Part shown: positions 1 through 16,693 of the stretch, piece by piece
How the letters are laid out: each line of letters opens with the position of its first letter
Position numbering within the stretch: the stretch's first letter is position 1
Assembly (NCBI GenBank): GCA_021613535.1
Contig: CP075495.1
Location: forward strand, 3,534,001 to 3,598,000
Reading direction: 5' to 3'
From: Adineta vaga
Taxonomy: Eukaryota > Animalia > Rotifera
DNA: 64,000 nt
The notes under the pieces: model-generated
Told to the model about the DNA's origin: nothing
The model's input: the letters and a program-made list of their open reading frames with translations, nothing else
The model's database searches: none
Translations under genes and position numbers: made by a program

Positions 1-133
1 TACACTGGGAATTTTGTTTTTCTTACATGACAATGCCAAAAAAGGTGTGGGTATTTTTTGTTCTTATTCTATTGGATATAATTATTCTAGATATTTCCTG
101 TGGTATATATATATAGTTCAGTCGAATTTCAGT

Positions 134-3612
<3,479 letters not shown>

Positions 3613-4124
3613 AAAGTTATGTTTTATTCATAGTACAATTATTCATGTATTGTCAAATATTTCTATTTGAACATTCTATTATCAAGATCAACAAAGAGTA
3701 ATTGTAATTGATTTTTGTTATCATGTTATTTCTTTTCGTTTTGTTCTTTTTTTGAATATAAACTTTGATAAAAAAATAACATATACTCTCTTTGGTTATA
3801 TATATAATTCCGACAGAACCACGTAAAATCATTAGATAACCATCATCATCGTACATAGTATGATATTGAAAATTGAATATTGACTTTATACGTTTGTTGT
3901 CAAGGAAAAAACATGTAATCCAATTATATGCTCAATAATAATTAGCGACAACTACAACATTGAATTTTATTTAGTAATTTTTAACAGCCAATGAAACGCT
4001 GAAAAATGAACTAAAAAACTGGGTAGGTAATTGAGAAGTTTTGAAATGCTGCAAATCATGCCGGATATCAAATGAATATATTAATAAAGAATTATCTCGT
4101 TAAACGTATTAAATTTGTTTCACT

Positions 4125-7100
4125 ATGATTGAAGATTCATCTACAAATTCATCCAATCGAGGTGTTAATTCAAAAGGTCTCACACCCCTTCAACTTCTTC
4201 ATCGACGTTCATCAGATGAAGATTACAATGATGATGAAGAGGAGGAAGAAGAGGAAGAGGTACTGATAGAAGATGAACCAGAAATGTTTGAAGAAGATGA
4301 AAATGATGATGACGAAGATGTTGAAGAAATCGAAAAAACAAATGTTAGCAGTGCTCTTGTCTCACAGCACTCTGTTGATCAACTACATCATTCAATATCT
4401 TCACCAAAATTAACATCGCCCTCAATATGTCCATTTCGTTCAAGTTGGGGTCGCGGTGCTCGGTCAACATCTGTAGTATTAATCTCTCTTCATTTCTTAT
4501 TCTTAACACTAAATCTCTTATATTTAGACACCACCAAGTCCTGCATTATCTACAATTGTGTGTGACCGTCAAACTATTCATGATGAATATAAAGCTGGAC
4601 AAAATGTTAGTACTACTACTACTACTACGAATGAAATAGTAAAAACATCAAGAACTACTACTACAATTCGAGGAACAAATGCGCATTTTCAATCTTTTCC
4701 TTCGGTAAATATCTCTTCGTTGAATTATTTTTTTCATACGATTATTTTCAAATCTAGAAACGTTTCGATGAAACTATTAATTTTTCATTCAATGTAAGTT
4801 CAACAAAAATTATTTTCGTTAACAATGCGGGCTATCGACAAGCTATTCAATTTCTTGAATCATGTGATATTATATATGAACCAACTCGTAATTATCCAGA
4901 TATTTGGTCCTTTTGTTTGAATTCAAGAACAATTCGATTCTATCGATCATCAGAATATAAATCCGATAAATTAAATCAATCGAAAGAATCAAAACCACCT
5001 CAAATATGTATATTTCCATCTGAATTATCGACGTCAAATAAACCATTTTGGTTTCTATTTGAACAGCGACCAATTTTTAATGAAATGATGTTCAATAATG
5101 ATCTAGAATTATCAGAACCTGATCCACTACCTATCACAAATAATACTGTATTAGGTCGGATAAAATTTTATCGTAATGCTCATGTTAATTTATCTTACGG
5201 TGCATTAACATCGATGAATGAATATTACTTTCATCCCGAATATACGTTTTCAAAACAAAATGAATGGACGGTAAAATTTCGAATTTGTCTTCATTATTTC
5301 CACTTGATAATGTATCGAGTTTTTTTCTACAGATACTTTTCCGATCGAAAAAACTCGAAATTGATCGATTGATAAGTTCGAAAAAGGAAGATGAAAAACA
5401 TTACACAAATGTATATGCTAAATCTGTTTTACCAGCAGATTTAATCGATCGAACAGCAATCATTACAGTTAATCAGTTGGGTTTTACTGTTTACATTTGT
5501 ATAAAAGGCAATGTTCATGAATTTATACGAACAACTTATCCAGGTATTTTATTTTCTTTAATTAATTTGAATTTTCATCATTCAATTAGGTAATCGTCAT
5601 TCGCAAAATGAACGTATCTCATCTTTGAATAATGACTGTCCAATATTTTCCACTTTATGTTTACATACATTTGTAAAAACACATGGATCCAATGCTAATA
5701 ATGATGCAACAAAATATGCAGCACTTGGTCAAATAAAAGCATTGTTTAAATATTTTCTCGATTTTTTCTATGACAATCAAATTTCTGTTTGTTTTGCACC
5801 GATCGAAACACATCGTGGTTGTTTAACAAATCTTTCACATTTGACAAAACATTTCACAAATTCAATTCAACGTTATGCATTTTCAATGTTAAGAAATGTC
5901 GGTTATTGTATTGAACTAAAATTATCGAAAGGAACAACTATATCAGATCTATTACTTAATCTAGCAGGTAATGATGATGATAAATTTTATCGTTTATGTT
6001 TGTATTTATTTCGACGATCAACGGAATTTCATTTTTTAAATGTAAGTTTGCTATAATAAGTAAAATCTTTATTAAATTGATTGTTTCTATTTCAAGCTTG
6101 AACATGAATTAAGACAAGCAAATCGAGAATATGAAATGCAAGTCGAACAATGTAAAACATTGAATGAAACGATGGCAACAATTTTATCACCACCAAGACC
6201 AAAGTATGTTTTTTGTGAAATAGAGAACAATATAGAATTTATTTTCATTCTTATTTAGTTATGCTTATGTACCATCTATACGTGTTACACCAACAACTAT
6301 TCAAGTACAACCATTAAAACTAGTTAAATTACATCGTGTGATTCGAGACATGAATTTCGATGATCCAATGAGTTATGCATTGATTGACATACGTGATGAA
6401 GCTAATCGAGCATTATATGCACGTGATTTTCGTTCATTAAGAAAAAAATTCGAAAAGATATTAACGAATGGTATTCGTATTAATAAATCAACTTACCAAT
6501 ATTTACATCATTCAATGTCACAAGTTAAAGAAAAACAATTCTGGTTTTTAGACAATCGTCATTCGTTAGAGAATGTTTTAACATGGATGGGTAATTTCGA
6601 TAATGAACATGTTATTGCTAAACATGCAGCACGTATGGCTCAATGTTTTACATCAACTGAACCATCTATTCGAGTAAGATAAATCTTTGTGAAATTTATT
6701 TGAATATAAAACCAACATATCTTGTTTGTAGATTCCTGCTGAATTGGTAACATATGTGTTAGACGTTGAAACATCTAATAAACAGTATTGTTTTACTGAT
6801 GGTGTTGGTACAATTTCACAAACATTATGCAAAGAAGTTTGTTGAATATGAATTGATTCAAATGAAATGTGTACAAATGATAAAAATTCTAGGTACAAAG
6901 AGCCCTTGGTCGACGTTTTATGCCAAGTGTCTTACAAATCCGATATGGTGGTTGTAAAGGTTTGACGATAGTTTTATATCTATTTCAATCATTAGTTTGA
7001 CTCTTTTTTTTGTCTAGGAACTCTTTCTGTTGATCCTAATCTTGATGAGAAATGTCGTCAACTTGTTATTCGTGAATCTATGCGTAAATTTACAACTGAT

Positions 7101-9709
7101 CATGATAAATTAGAAATTTGTAAAGTCTCATCACCACGTATGTCATTATTTTTTTTGGTTCAATCGAATTCATAGATCACCATTTCATTCCTCTCTTTTT
7201 AAATTATTATTATTAAGGTGCACTTCATCTTAATCGTCAAAATATTCTTCTTCTATCCAGTCGAAATATATCTGAAGCATATTTTCTTGTTCTACAAAAT
7301 GAAAATCATCTTTGGCTTGTTCAAGCTTTACTTTGTTCATCGATTGCATTTGAATTACTAAATGAACGCGTTGGTTCCATGTATTTCAATTTTCGTGATT
7401 TAGCCAATGCTATTAATCTTGTTGAAGAACCATTTTTTCTTCAATTAATTATTACATGTGGTCATGATTCTGTTTCGAAATTTCAACAACGTGCAAAAAT
7501 AAAGGTTGCCAAAGATAAAGCAAGAAACATGTTTGGTATTGTCGATGAATATGGCGTTTTGGAATATGGCGAAGTCTTTATACAGTACAGTCAAATGAAT
7601 GATGAAAAATTAGATTCAAATGAAAAACCACCAGCAATTGCACCAACAATTTTAGATAATGTTAAAGTAGTTATAACTAAAAATCCATGTTACCATCCAG
7701 GAGATTTAAGAAAATTTACAGCTGTTGATAAAATAGAATTACGACATCTTGTTGATGTTGTAGTCTTTCCACAAAAAGGTCCTCGACCACATCCAAATGA
7801 AATCTCAGGCAGTGATCTTGACGGTAAATCGAATGAAAATAATTGACAACAAAAAAAAACAATTCTATTGAATTCTGTTTAGGTGATGAATATGCTGTTA
7901 TTTGGGATCCTAATTTAGTTCCTACTACCGACAATGATGAACCATATGATTATGATTCTCAAGAAAAACCAATTAAAGTTAATCGTACTATTGAACGAAA
8001 AGATATCATTGAAGTTGTTCTTGATATAGCTGCACAAAATTTAACGGGTGACATGTCGAATGCACATTTAGCATTAGCAGATTATTTAGGTCCACGTCAT
8101 CCAAAAGTATTACATTTAGCTGGTTTAATTTCACAGGAACTTGATGCACCCAAAACTGGTAAACATCCAATAAGTAACGAAGAGTTAAATCAATATCGAA
8201 ATGATTCACTCGAAGGACGCTATCCAGATTTTATGATGAGAGAACATTATAAATCATATCTATCTGACAAAACTATTGGTAAATTGATATGATTAGATTT
8301 GCAAAACAAAGAAGTCTCTTTTCTAGGTCAATTATATCGATCAGCTCGTCGTGCCATTATTCGTTGGCATAAAGCAGCTCGAACTCATTGTAGTTTACGT
8401 CATTTACATACTGCACAACTTGATGATGAAACACATCTTGATAGTATTGTTCAAACACCAAATGGTCATATATATAATGGATTTGCCTTTAATAACGAAG
8501 TGCATTATGAACCATCGTTAAGTTTGAATCCATCTATTCATCATCCATTATCTCGTAGTCAAGAAGATTGGGCAAATAAATTATTTTTAGAATATCAAGA
8601 AGGTTTAAAAACTATTATCAGTGTTTTTAATTATCAAGATGAAATTGATCTATTCTGTCGTTGTGAAGCACTCGATCAATTAGCTTCAGGAAAACAAGAT
8701 TTAAATATATCAGCTGGTCTAGAATTACAACGATTGATTGAAACAACACGGCGACATTTCTATCATAGTTTTGATCAATTATCTTCAAATTTAATATCTC
8801 AACCACCTCATTCAGGTTCATGTACACGTGACCGTTCATGTGAAAAATGTAAAGATCTTAAACTAGCACGAGCAGCTGCATGTTATTATGTTTGTTATAC
8901 AACTGCTGCTCGACAATCGACAAAAGCTCGTTCTCGTATATTGAGTTTTCCTTGGCTATTTAGTTCTTTACTTATTGAATTGAAAAAAGAAAATCAAAAA
9001 TCTAATCCGACTCCATCGAAATATATCGTAATTGGTCGTGCTATGCGTAATATGGCTAAACGATTATTAGAAGAAAATGAATTAAAACCAAAAGTTTATG
9101 TTTCAATTTATTCGGAAGAAGGTTGTCTTTATTTTCGTTCAGTCAAATCAACGAATGAAAAAACGATTAAACGACAAATCAAAGCTGATCAACAAACAGA
9201 TTCGATGTGTTTAACAAAAATTCTATTTATTGAAATTATGAATAATTGGATTCGAAAACAAAACATTTTCAGTGAACGTAAGTTAACATTATAATCGATG
9301 TTCAAAAACAATTCATTTCTTTTCAGTAGCATCAACTTCTCGAGAGAAAAAGCCGTTGATTAGAGAAATTTGTTGGCATCAATTACTACGCTGTTTTATT
9401 CTGAATAAAGATCATCCCGATATCTCACTTCATTTCGAAGATTATAAAATTATTTTTCAATCTTCAAATCATCCTGAAATGACTCAACGTTATACTGAAT
9501 TTATTCAACGACAAATTTCGATCATATCTTCGAAATTCGATAATTCCATGTATGATTATTCAATTCAATTAATAAATATATGTTTTCAACTTGCCAGACA
9601 ATATCAATCGGAAGAATATGCATATTTAAGTGATTATTTAATACTTGCTTTACAATCGATTGGTATAGAAAAAGATTTTAATGATATTATATTTGATCTT
9701 GATACCTAG
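4125..9709 (+). CDS. Cellular (RNAi-type) RNA-dependent RNA polymerase (multi-exon)
   Basis: Motifs ARMAQCFT, FTDGVG, QIRYGGCKG, KNPCYHPGD, VVVFPQKGPRPHPNEISGSDLDG|DEY. The catalytic DLDGD is split by intron 7824-7882. Also DAPKTG, YPDFM, ILSFPW and an acidic N-terminal tract. Confidence 0.95.
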
Positions 9710-10757
9710 TCAGACCGTTTCTTTTTTAATTTTTCTCAGGTCAATTGTTTGTTTCTCTGTGTATTTGTATTGATCAATATAAATAATTCTGTACATAAGC
9801 ATGTCATAATGCGCTATTTTTGTTTTGTTCATAAGCGATATAAAACATATATTTTGTTGACTATCCGTTTCGGAGTACGATGCTATATGATTACGTTTAA
9901 GTTTCTCTTATGCAATGCTCTACAAATGAAATGATAGTAAAAACGAGTTATTGTTCTAATAAGTTAGATATATATATTTTTTTCTTTCTCTTGATCAAAG
10001 CTACCGTTGTTCTGTATGGTTTTTTTTTGTTTAAATAATGTTGTGTGTATTATTTGGTTTTTCTTTTGTATTCTCAATGTTATTGATATGGTAAATCAAT
10101 AGACAAGATTGAATAAAATGTATTAGGTGACATCAATATTAGTGATTTGTAATGAGTAATTTTAATCATTACGATTTAATTTTCACGATACATCCCTACC
10201 AAGTGAATAATGGAGAAATGGTCATTAAAATGCATTATTATCCGTAGCTAAACCATTTTGTCCGTTAAAATGCGTTATGCCTTAAAAACTTTTGAGTCTT
10301 AAATTAATTAAAACAATACGCATCGTTTTTAAAGATAATCTGGATTAATAGTGTTCACTAATAAAAGATAGATTTTCACATAAGAGTTCAAAATATTTTT
10401 CGAAATTATACACTAGCAATTGTTTAAAAGCTTCGTGATTCGAACGACGACATAACAAACAGCTCCTTAAGAAAATGTTAACTTTTGCACGATTCTGAAA
10501 GAATTTGTCTGCATAACACCACTGAATTCAAATTTTTTTTTCTGGCAAACGATTAGCTTTACTTGAAATTGTTCGAATTTTTTAACGGTGCCGAATTTCT
10601 TCTGTCTTTATTAAATGAGCAGCGCACTATACACAAAAGATTTAACGCTATAAGACTGTATTATCTGACTGGAAAGAAATGAAACCTTTCTACAGCGACG
10701 AAATATGTTGTCATTATAAGAGAAAAGAAAAGATAAGTTCAATTCATTTTAAAGATA

Positions 10758-11197
10758 GATGGGCTAGCAGTAAAGCTAAGAAATTTTTAAAAGTATTCAT
10801 GTTTATTATCTGTATCGATAAATATCCGATGAGTTGACCATTGAAAAAATAAATTTATTTTTTATTTTTCGAAGGAACTGGGATCAGAAAAAAATTTTGG
10901 TATCGACTTTCAACTAATACTACGAGCTCGAATTTTTTGCTCCAGTGATGAGATTATGAGTGTCAGGAAACTTGAGGGTGAGATGTGTTACATATTTTAA
11001 GTGATAACAACATCGAGCTTGCAGTTTTATACGAAATTCCAGATAAAAAACTTTTGATTCCAGCTTCTGAAAAAGTAAGAGAATTTAAGGAAGAACACAA
11101 AAGTGCTATTTTTCGATGTTCGACTCGTCCAATCCTTGGGTAGTTAAATCATGAGCACGAGTCTTTTCAAAATTACTTAGCCTCACTAAGTCCTACT
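10758..11197. mobile_element. Degenerate long inverted repeat (old foldback/MITE-like element)
   Basis: Left arm gctaagaaatttttaaaag...gatgagttgaccattgaaaaaata...gaactgggatcagaa...actacgagctcga matches, collinearly, the reverse complement of the right arm (gctaagtaattttgaaaag...gacgagtcgaacatcgaaaaata...aagctggaatcaaaa...actgcaagctcga). No ORF. Confidence 0.55.
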
Positions 11198-11573
11198 TGT
11201 AGGCAACAGATGAGGTTAAATGATTTTTGTGAAAGACATTTTTTAGGCATTTTTTGTGACAGTTTCACATCATTACAATTATGTAAAATTTGAGGCATTT
11301 TAATGCCATTACATCATTATATTTTTTTCTGAATATTTTCTTTCTAGTAAAAATATATTTTGTCAAATTATGACTGAAAGAATTTGAATTTCATTTTTAT
11401 AAGTGGTTTTTCTTGATTACTTTTTCCATAGCATCAGTAAGTATAATTAAAAATGGATGAGAATGAAACTAACATCGACAAACAAATATTAACTTTTTTT
11501 CTTTTTCAATGATATGAAACAACATAGAAGTGAACATAAAGGATACTATTAAAGAAAAAATAATCATTCTATG

Positions 11574-11666
11574 AAGGGGGAACAAACTGATTTCTTGATA
11601 AAATGATTTCTATGATTTCTGCGATTTCTCGGTGATCTTCGGCGAGAAATCAGTTTCTTCCCCCTT
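11574..11666. repeat. 93-bp hairpin/mini-MITE with 22-bp terminal inverted repeats and internal GATTTCT repeats
   Basis: aagggggaacaaactgatttct (11574-11595) versus the reverse complement of agaaatcagtttcttccccctt (11645-11666): 21/22 match. GATTTCT recurs in the interior. Confidence 0.75.
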
Positions 11667-13233
11667 GCATTTTATTCATTACAGTCTTTTCCTTTAGTCT
11701 ATGTATGTGAGATGAAAGATTTCAATTCGGATACAATAATCTCAATAACCATAAGTTGTAGGTAATTAACGGAAGTATTGAGATTGAACATATGTAACAT
11801 TCGACTTTGTATATGTTCATGGAATATCTACAAAGAAGACTTCGCTATTTTGTTATTCATTAAAATATTTAAAACGAAAAGAGAAAAAGGTAGGCGTTAT
11901 TCTGTTTCAAAACAAAAAACTTTACAACTGAAAAGATGGACGATCAGACATAATGAGACCGTTTGTGGCATTCATCGAAAACAATAATAATAGTAGTAAC
12001 CCACATCGTCGAACTTTCCTTAACTATTGACAACCTAGATATCCCTTTTAACAACCATTCATTTCGACGATCATCGTATTTGCTCTCATTTGTATCCGTA
12101 CATGAATATATAAGCAGATGTAGAAAAGATATTTTATTATAGACTGCATTGAGAGTTTGTTTTGTTAAAATGTCCCATGACAATCAATCATAACCAACGG
12201 ATCCTGGTGAATTTTCGAGGTGTTCTGGTCAGAATTCTGTGGGAGACCGAATCCGACGTATCCATATTGGCCTGGGGTAGATCAACGAAAATAGATGTCG
12301 TCGATTTGTTTTCCAGCGATAAAGATTCATAAGTTAATAGCGTACTTCACTCCGAAAATCGTAGTATTAACCCTACTGAGATGTAATCTAATTGAATTTA
12401 TCTTCTAGAGTGATATGATCTTTTACAAATTCAATAAAATCAAACAGAAAATCATATGTCGATAGAATTGTCATAAATTACACTTGGGAAATCGACATGA
12501 TTCTTGATATAAGGACTACGTGATATTGAGCATAGCATTTGGCAAACTAGTTTCTGTTAGTAAATATTCTATTATCCATATTAGTTATTTAATTTATGTT
12601 TTCAAAACAATTTTTACGCTCGCTCAACTTTTACCATGCCATTGAAATGCTGTATGCGTTAATAGTTTTCCTTTTTCTCTCTTCTTTATTTACAGTTTTT
12701 ATATTTACTATGCAAATGAATTTTCTAATTACGTTTTTAGCGGTCAATCATGTGATACAGTCTACTTTTGATAAGCTAGGAGGGAAACACATTGATATTT
12801 GCATTGTGCTTCAATAGCAAATAATCATCTACTTCAATTTTAATTCCTACATTTAGTTTACTCGATTTCGATGCCATAGATGAGAAAAATTATACTTTTA
12901 CGCCACATTTTCTTCCTTTTATCATTTATTATAAGACATAAGTATAGCTCATTCACGGACTTACAAATACTGTCGTAATGTGTTGGAAAGTAAATGAGGA
13001 AAGAATTTGTTTTTTTTCATCTTTTGCTTTTTTACAATTCAGAAGTGGTTGCAAGGTGATATTTACCATATCAATAATGAAACGAATGGCTGTCTATCAC
13101 CTATGAGAGTTCAATACGGTACGATTAGATCTGTTGATGCCTATGAACTTTTCTTTCTGTCAAAGAGACCAAAACTGTTCCATCAAAATGCAAATTTCAA
13201 CCAATAATCTGAAACAATAATACAGAAAAAAAA

Positions 13234-15075
13234 ATGAACACACGACGAATTCTTATACTTACAACCATACTATTCACCACTTATATACTATTTCATGAAA
13301 CAAATTTTCGTTCTTCAATAAGCCTGTTTCATTCTAAGAATATGCCGCACGATCAAATTGTATTACGACATTGGCTTATACTCTCGTCACTTACACAACT
13401 GCAACAGTACCTTCTCAAACCTCACACAAATATCTCTATCATTCTCATTGGAAATCATAAGCATTCACTCCCATATCCACCCAACATACAACTTATCCTT
13501 CTCGATTCCAAACTTCTCTCCTCACTCTCATTTCGATCTTCAAATATCATCAACATTGCTTATCTTCTTGCCATCAAACATGGGGCTCACTTCATCTATC
13601 AATTCGATTCAAATACACATCCTCACCTTCACCATCACTATCATGGTCATGATATACAATACATTGCATTTCGACGACATCGATCACCTTTCATCAACAT
13701 TCTACCAACTTTTACTGCTCACTTTCATTCTTCATCACTTGGTCTACCTCAACATGAACTCATCAACATTACACAAGATGGATGGACATCCATCAGAACA
13801 CTGCTACCATATCAAGAGAACATCCATCCTTTCATTCAACAACATATTCCTATTCTTCCTCTGCACAATAATCACTCATCATTGGTCAATCATCCACCAG
13901 TTGCTCTTGAACCATTCACATTCGCACCTTTCACAACAACTAACATTCTTTTTGCGTATGATGCATTCTGGGGTCTTGTTCTACCACAATCACAATCGCA
14001 CATTTGGCGAAGTTGGTGGGTCCAGCGACTATTGTGGGATATCGATGGACATCTTCTCTTCTCTTCTTCTTCCTCTTCTGTGCATCACTTCGTGAATTCC
14101 ACATTCTCGACAAAGAATGAACAGAACACAAAAGACGATGTGAAAGTGAGTAAACTAGTGCGATATTTGACTGAATGGAGATCGACGAAAACGACATTGG
14201 TAGAAAGAATAACTGATCTGTTCACGGACATGATGACCCACGAGTATTGCGATAGAAGTGAAGTGAAAGTGATGCAAGATTGGATCAGCGATCTGCAAAG
14301 TGTAGGATACTCATTTCCATCGATCAAACGAATGACATCACGTGGTGCGTCTACTCCTCGTCGTCGTCGTGTGGCTGTGTGTTTGACAGGATTGATCGAA
14401 TGTATTGATGAAGCATGGAAAAAGACAAGCGATGCTATTCGACAATGTATTGCAGGTGAGATGGATGTATTTATGTATCTGTCATCGACAGAACCAATCG
14501 TTGATCAACTACCAACAATTCCTCAGCGAACTCGACTGATCGAAGCATTACGATATAGGAACTTCACAGTGAAGGTGTTATTCGAAAACATTCCTACGCT
14601 CGATCCTCATTTTCCACCGAACTGTACATCGGAAAAAAGTATCGATCAACCGGTACATAAAGTTCCTCGATATTATCAACAATTGTTTGGATTGAGTAAT
14701 TGTTTTAATATGGTTCGTGAGTATGAAAAGAAGTATAATATCAAGTATGATCTGATGGTACGAACACGAGCTGATATCGAGTTTCTTCGCATTCCATCAA
14801 CATTTGATCGCTCATCACCCTATGATATCAATACGACATTGATTCTACCACCAAATCGTTACAGTTCAAAAGTCGATGATGGTTATGCTGTTGGTCCAAT
14901 AGATGCAGTTGAAGTGTATATGAGTCGATACTATTCGTTTCGAGAATGTTTAACGCTTGATTTGCATCCTGAACGTTATTTATACTTTTACTTGAACTAT
15001 CGAAAAGTCAAAATGATAATCGATAGTAACACGTTAGTAGGTCATATACCTCATTCTCCAAACCGTTGTCATTAG
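13234..15075 (+). CDS. Intronless type II membrane protein: degenerate STELLO/DUF288-like domain fused to a putative glycosyltransferase-like domain (copy 1)
   Basis: 613-aa ORF with N-terminal TM. DUF288-like motifs AYLLAIKHGA, FAPF...AFWGLVLP, IWRSWWVQRLLWDI, WISDL. C-terminal RVAVCLTG...YDLMVRTRAD...DDGYAVG...HPERYL. Confidence 0.75.
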   Translation: MNTRRILILTTILFTTYILFHETNFRSSISLFHSKNMPHDQIVLRHWLILSSLTQLQQYLLKPHTNISIILIGNHKHSLPYPPNIQLILLDSKLLSSLSFRSSNIINIAYLLAIKHGAHFIYQFDSNTHPHLHHHYHGHDIQYIAFRRHRSPFINILPTFTAHFHSSSLGLPQHELINITQDGWTSIRTLLPYQENIHPFIQQHIPILPLHNNHSSLVNHPPVALEPFTFAPFTTTNILFAYDAFWGLVLPQSQSHIWRSWWVQRLLWDIDGHLLFSSSSSSVHHFVNSTFSTKNEQNTKDDVKVSKLVRYLTEWRSTKTTLVERITDLFTDMMTHEYCDRSEVKVMQDWISDLQSVGYSFPSIKRMTSRGASTPRRRRVAVCLTGLIECIDEAWKKTSDAIRQCIAGEMDVFMYLSSTEPIVDQLPTIPQRTRLIEALRYRNFTVKVLFENIPTLDPHFPPNCTSEKSIDQPVHKVPRYYQQLFGLSNCFNMVREYEKKYNIKYDLMVRTRADIEFLRIPSTFDRSSPYDINTTLILPPNRYSSKVDDGYAVGPIDAVEVYMSRYYSFRECLTLDLHPERYLYFYLNYRKVKMIIDSNTLVGHIPHSPNRCH

Positions 15076-16403
15076 CTATAAAACAGAATGTTTAATGTTC
15101 GATTAATCGTAAGACTTTTCCTTTTCCCGCCAAATATAAATTGGATATTTTTTTTTTGAATTTGTTTCATATCTTTTTGCAACCAAGTAATTGTCAGAGT
15201 ACAATTTGTTCTAGTACACAAGTATTTTCATTAATTCTTTGTGTTAACTATTAAATCATTGAACTGATTTGTTCTGCGGAGGAATCTACATGTTACACTC
15301 GTCAAAATATATTTTTGAAATCGATCACGAGGTATCTTTAGTTAGTACGATGGTAAAAACGTTTGTATACTGTAGCGCACTTCGCTCACCAAAACGATTA
15401 CCAACATATTTCTTTTGGTTGTAGAAGAAAAGGCAAGAATTTGCCAGAATGTATAAATAATAATGGAATTTATTCGTACCTTGCAGAGAAAATATAATGT
15501 TTCTTAAAATATTTTCGTCGAATATCTAAAATGCGTGTTAGGATAAAATTTATCATTAATTTTTCTTGTTGATGATGACAACTGAGATATGGTTGTAAGG
15601 CAGAAGCTACTGTTGAGTATTTCGTTTTTTAGAACTGACTAGAATATCAAATGTAATTCTGGCTTCAGCAGTCTAATGTGTTGAATTTTCACTTTCAATT
15701 GTGATCGTTTATTGAAATAGGATTGAAAAGAAAAGAACACCGTCAAGAATGATGCATGTGTGAAGGTTACTGCAAAAAATGTTTGCATTCTTGTTTTGTC
15801 TTTCAACTGTACACTGAGAATTATTATTTTGTTGTGTCACTCAACAATGCATCGAGCATTTTCAGTTATTTCAATATTTTTCGATGAATATATAACTTTA
15901 TTAAGGGTATGCAATTTGATAGAAATAATTCTTTTGAAGAAGTGATGATTCAATTATCAAATAAATTTATTAAGCCCCACCCCTCGCTCAAAACTAAATC
16001 GCAACCCCATCTTGTACGAACCGCATAAAATTTTCAGCCGATACCCTAATGTTGAAAGAAAATATTCAATAAACAACGGTCAAGAATAGTTCATTCTGTG
16101 GCGAAGATTTCTCAATCCTAACCTCTTTTATATCGTTTGTTTGTTAGAAGGATCATGTTAGGATGCAGGGCACCACAGAATTCTTTTGTTTAAATTTTTA
16201 CTTTTTGCAGCGAATGATAGGGTGACAAATGTAATGACTAAAACAATGTGCTAAAATCGGAATCTAATTACATAAGTGTTTATGTATAAGTAGGAAGTAC
16301 ACCTGTATTTAAAAAGTGGCTCTGTATTGCCCTGAATTTTGACATACTATTTCACACGAAAAAAACTAAAGATAGAAAAACAACTTGAACTCAAAAATTG
16401 ACA

Positions 16404-16537
16404 CACTGAAAAAAAAGCGGAAAACATTCTTTTTAAATTCAGAAAGAACTATATTTTTGAAGCAGTCGATACTGAAGTCATATCTTGTACTTATCTCAAG
16501 TTGAAAATTCTTGACGAAACTTGACTTTTTTTTAGTG
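16404..16537. mobile_element. Small MITE-like element with short CACT(G)AAAA terminal inverted repeats
   Basis: cactgaaaaaaaag (16404-16417) versus the reverse complement of cttttttttagtg (16525-16537). CTTGA/TCAAG repeats lie near the right end. Confidence 0.35.
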
Positions 16538-16693
16538 AGGGGCGCTTAATTAATTTTTCAATAACGGCATCTTCCGTACATTCTCTAACATCCACCTTAC
16601 TATGATATTTTTTTAAAGAGATCGCACTTAATTCTTAGATCTACTGAAAAGTTATATTCATCAGTTTCAAGGCCATAATATATCTGCTACGAA

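Noticed and set aside
12196-12280. GC-richer patch ending attggcctgggg, possibly a transposon end
   Set aside because: No matching opposite terminus or second copy found in the window.
13358-14095. 245-aa overlapping alternative-frame ORF (and 17070-17609 in copy 2)
   Set aside because: Best explained as a by-product of the skewed composition of the main ORF; no recognisable motifs.
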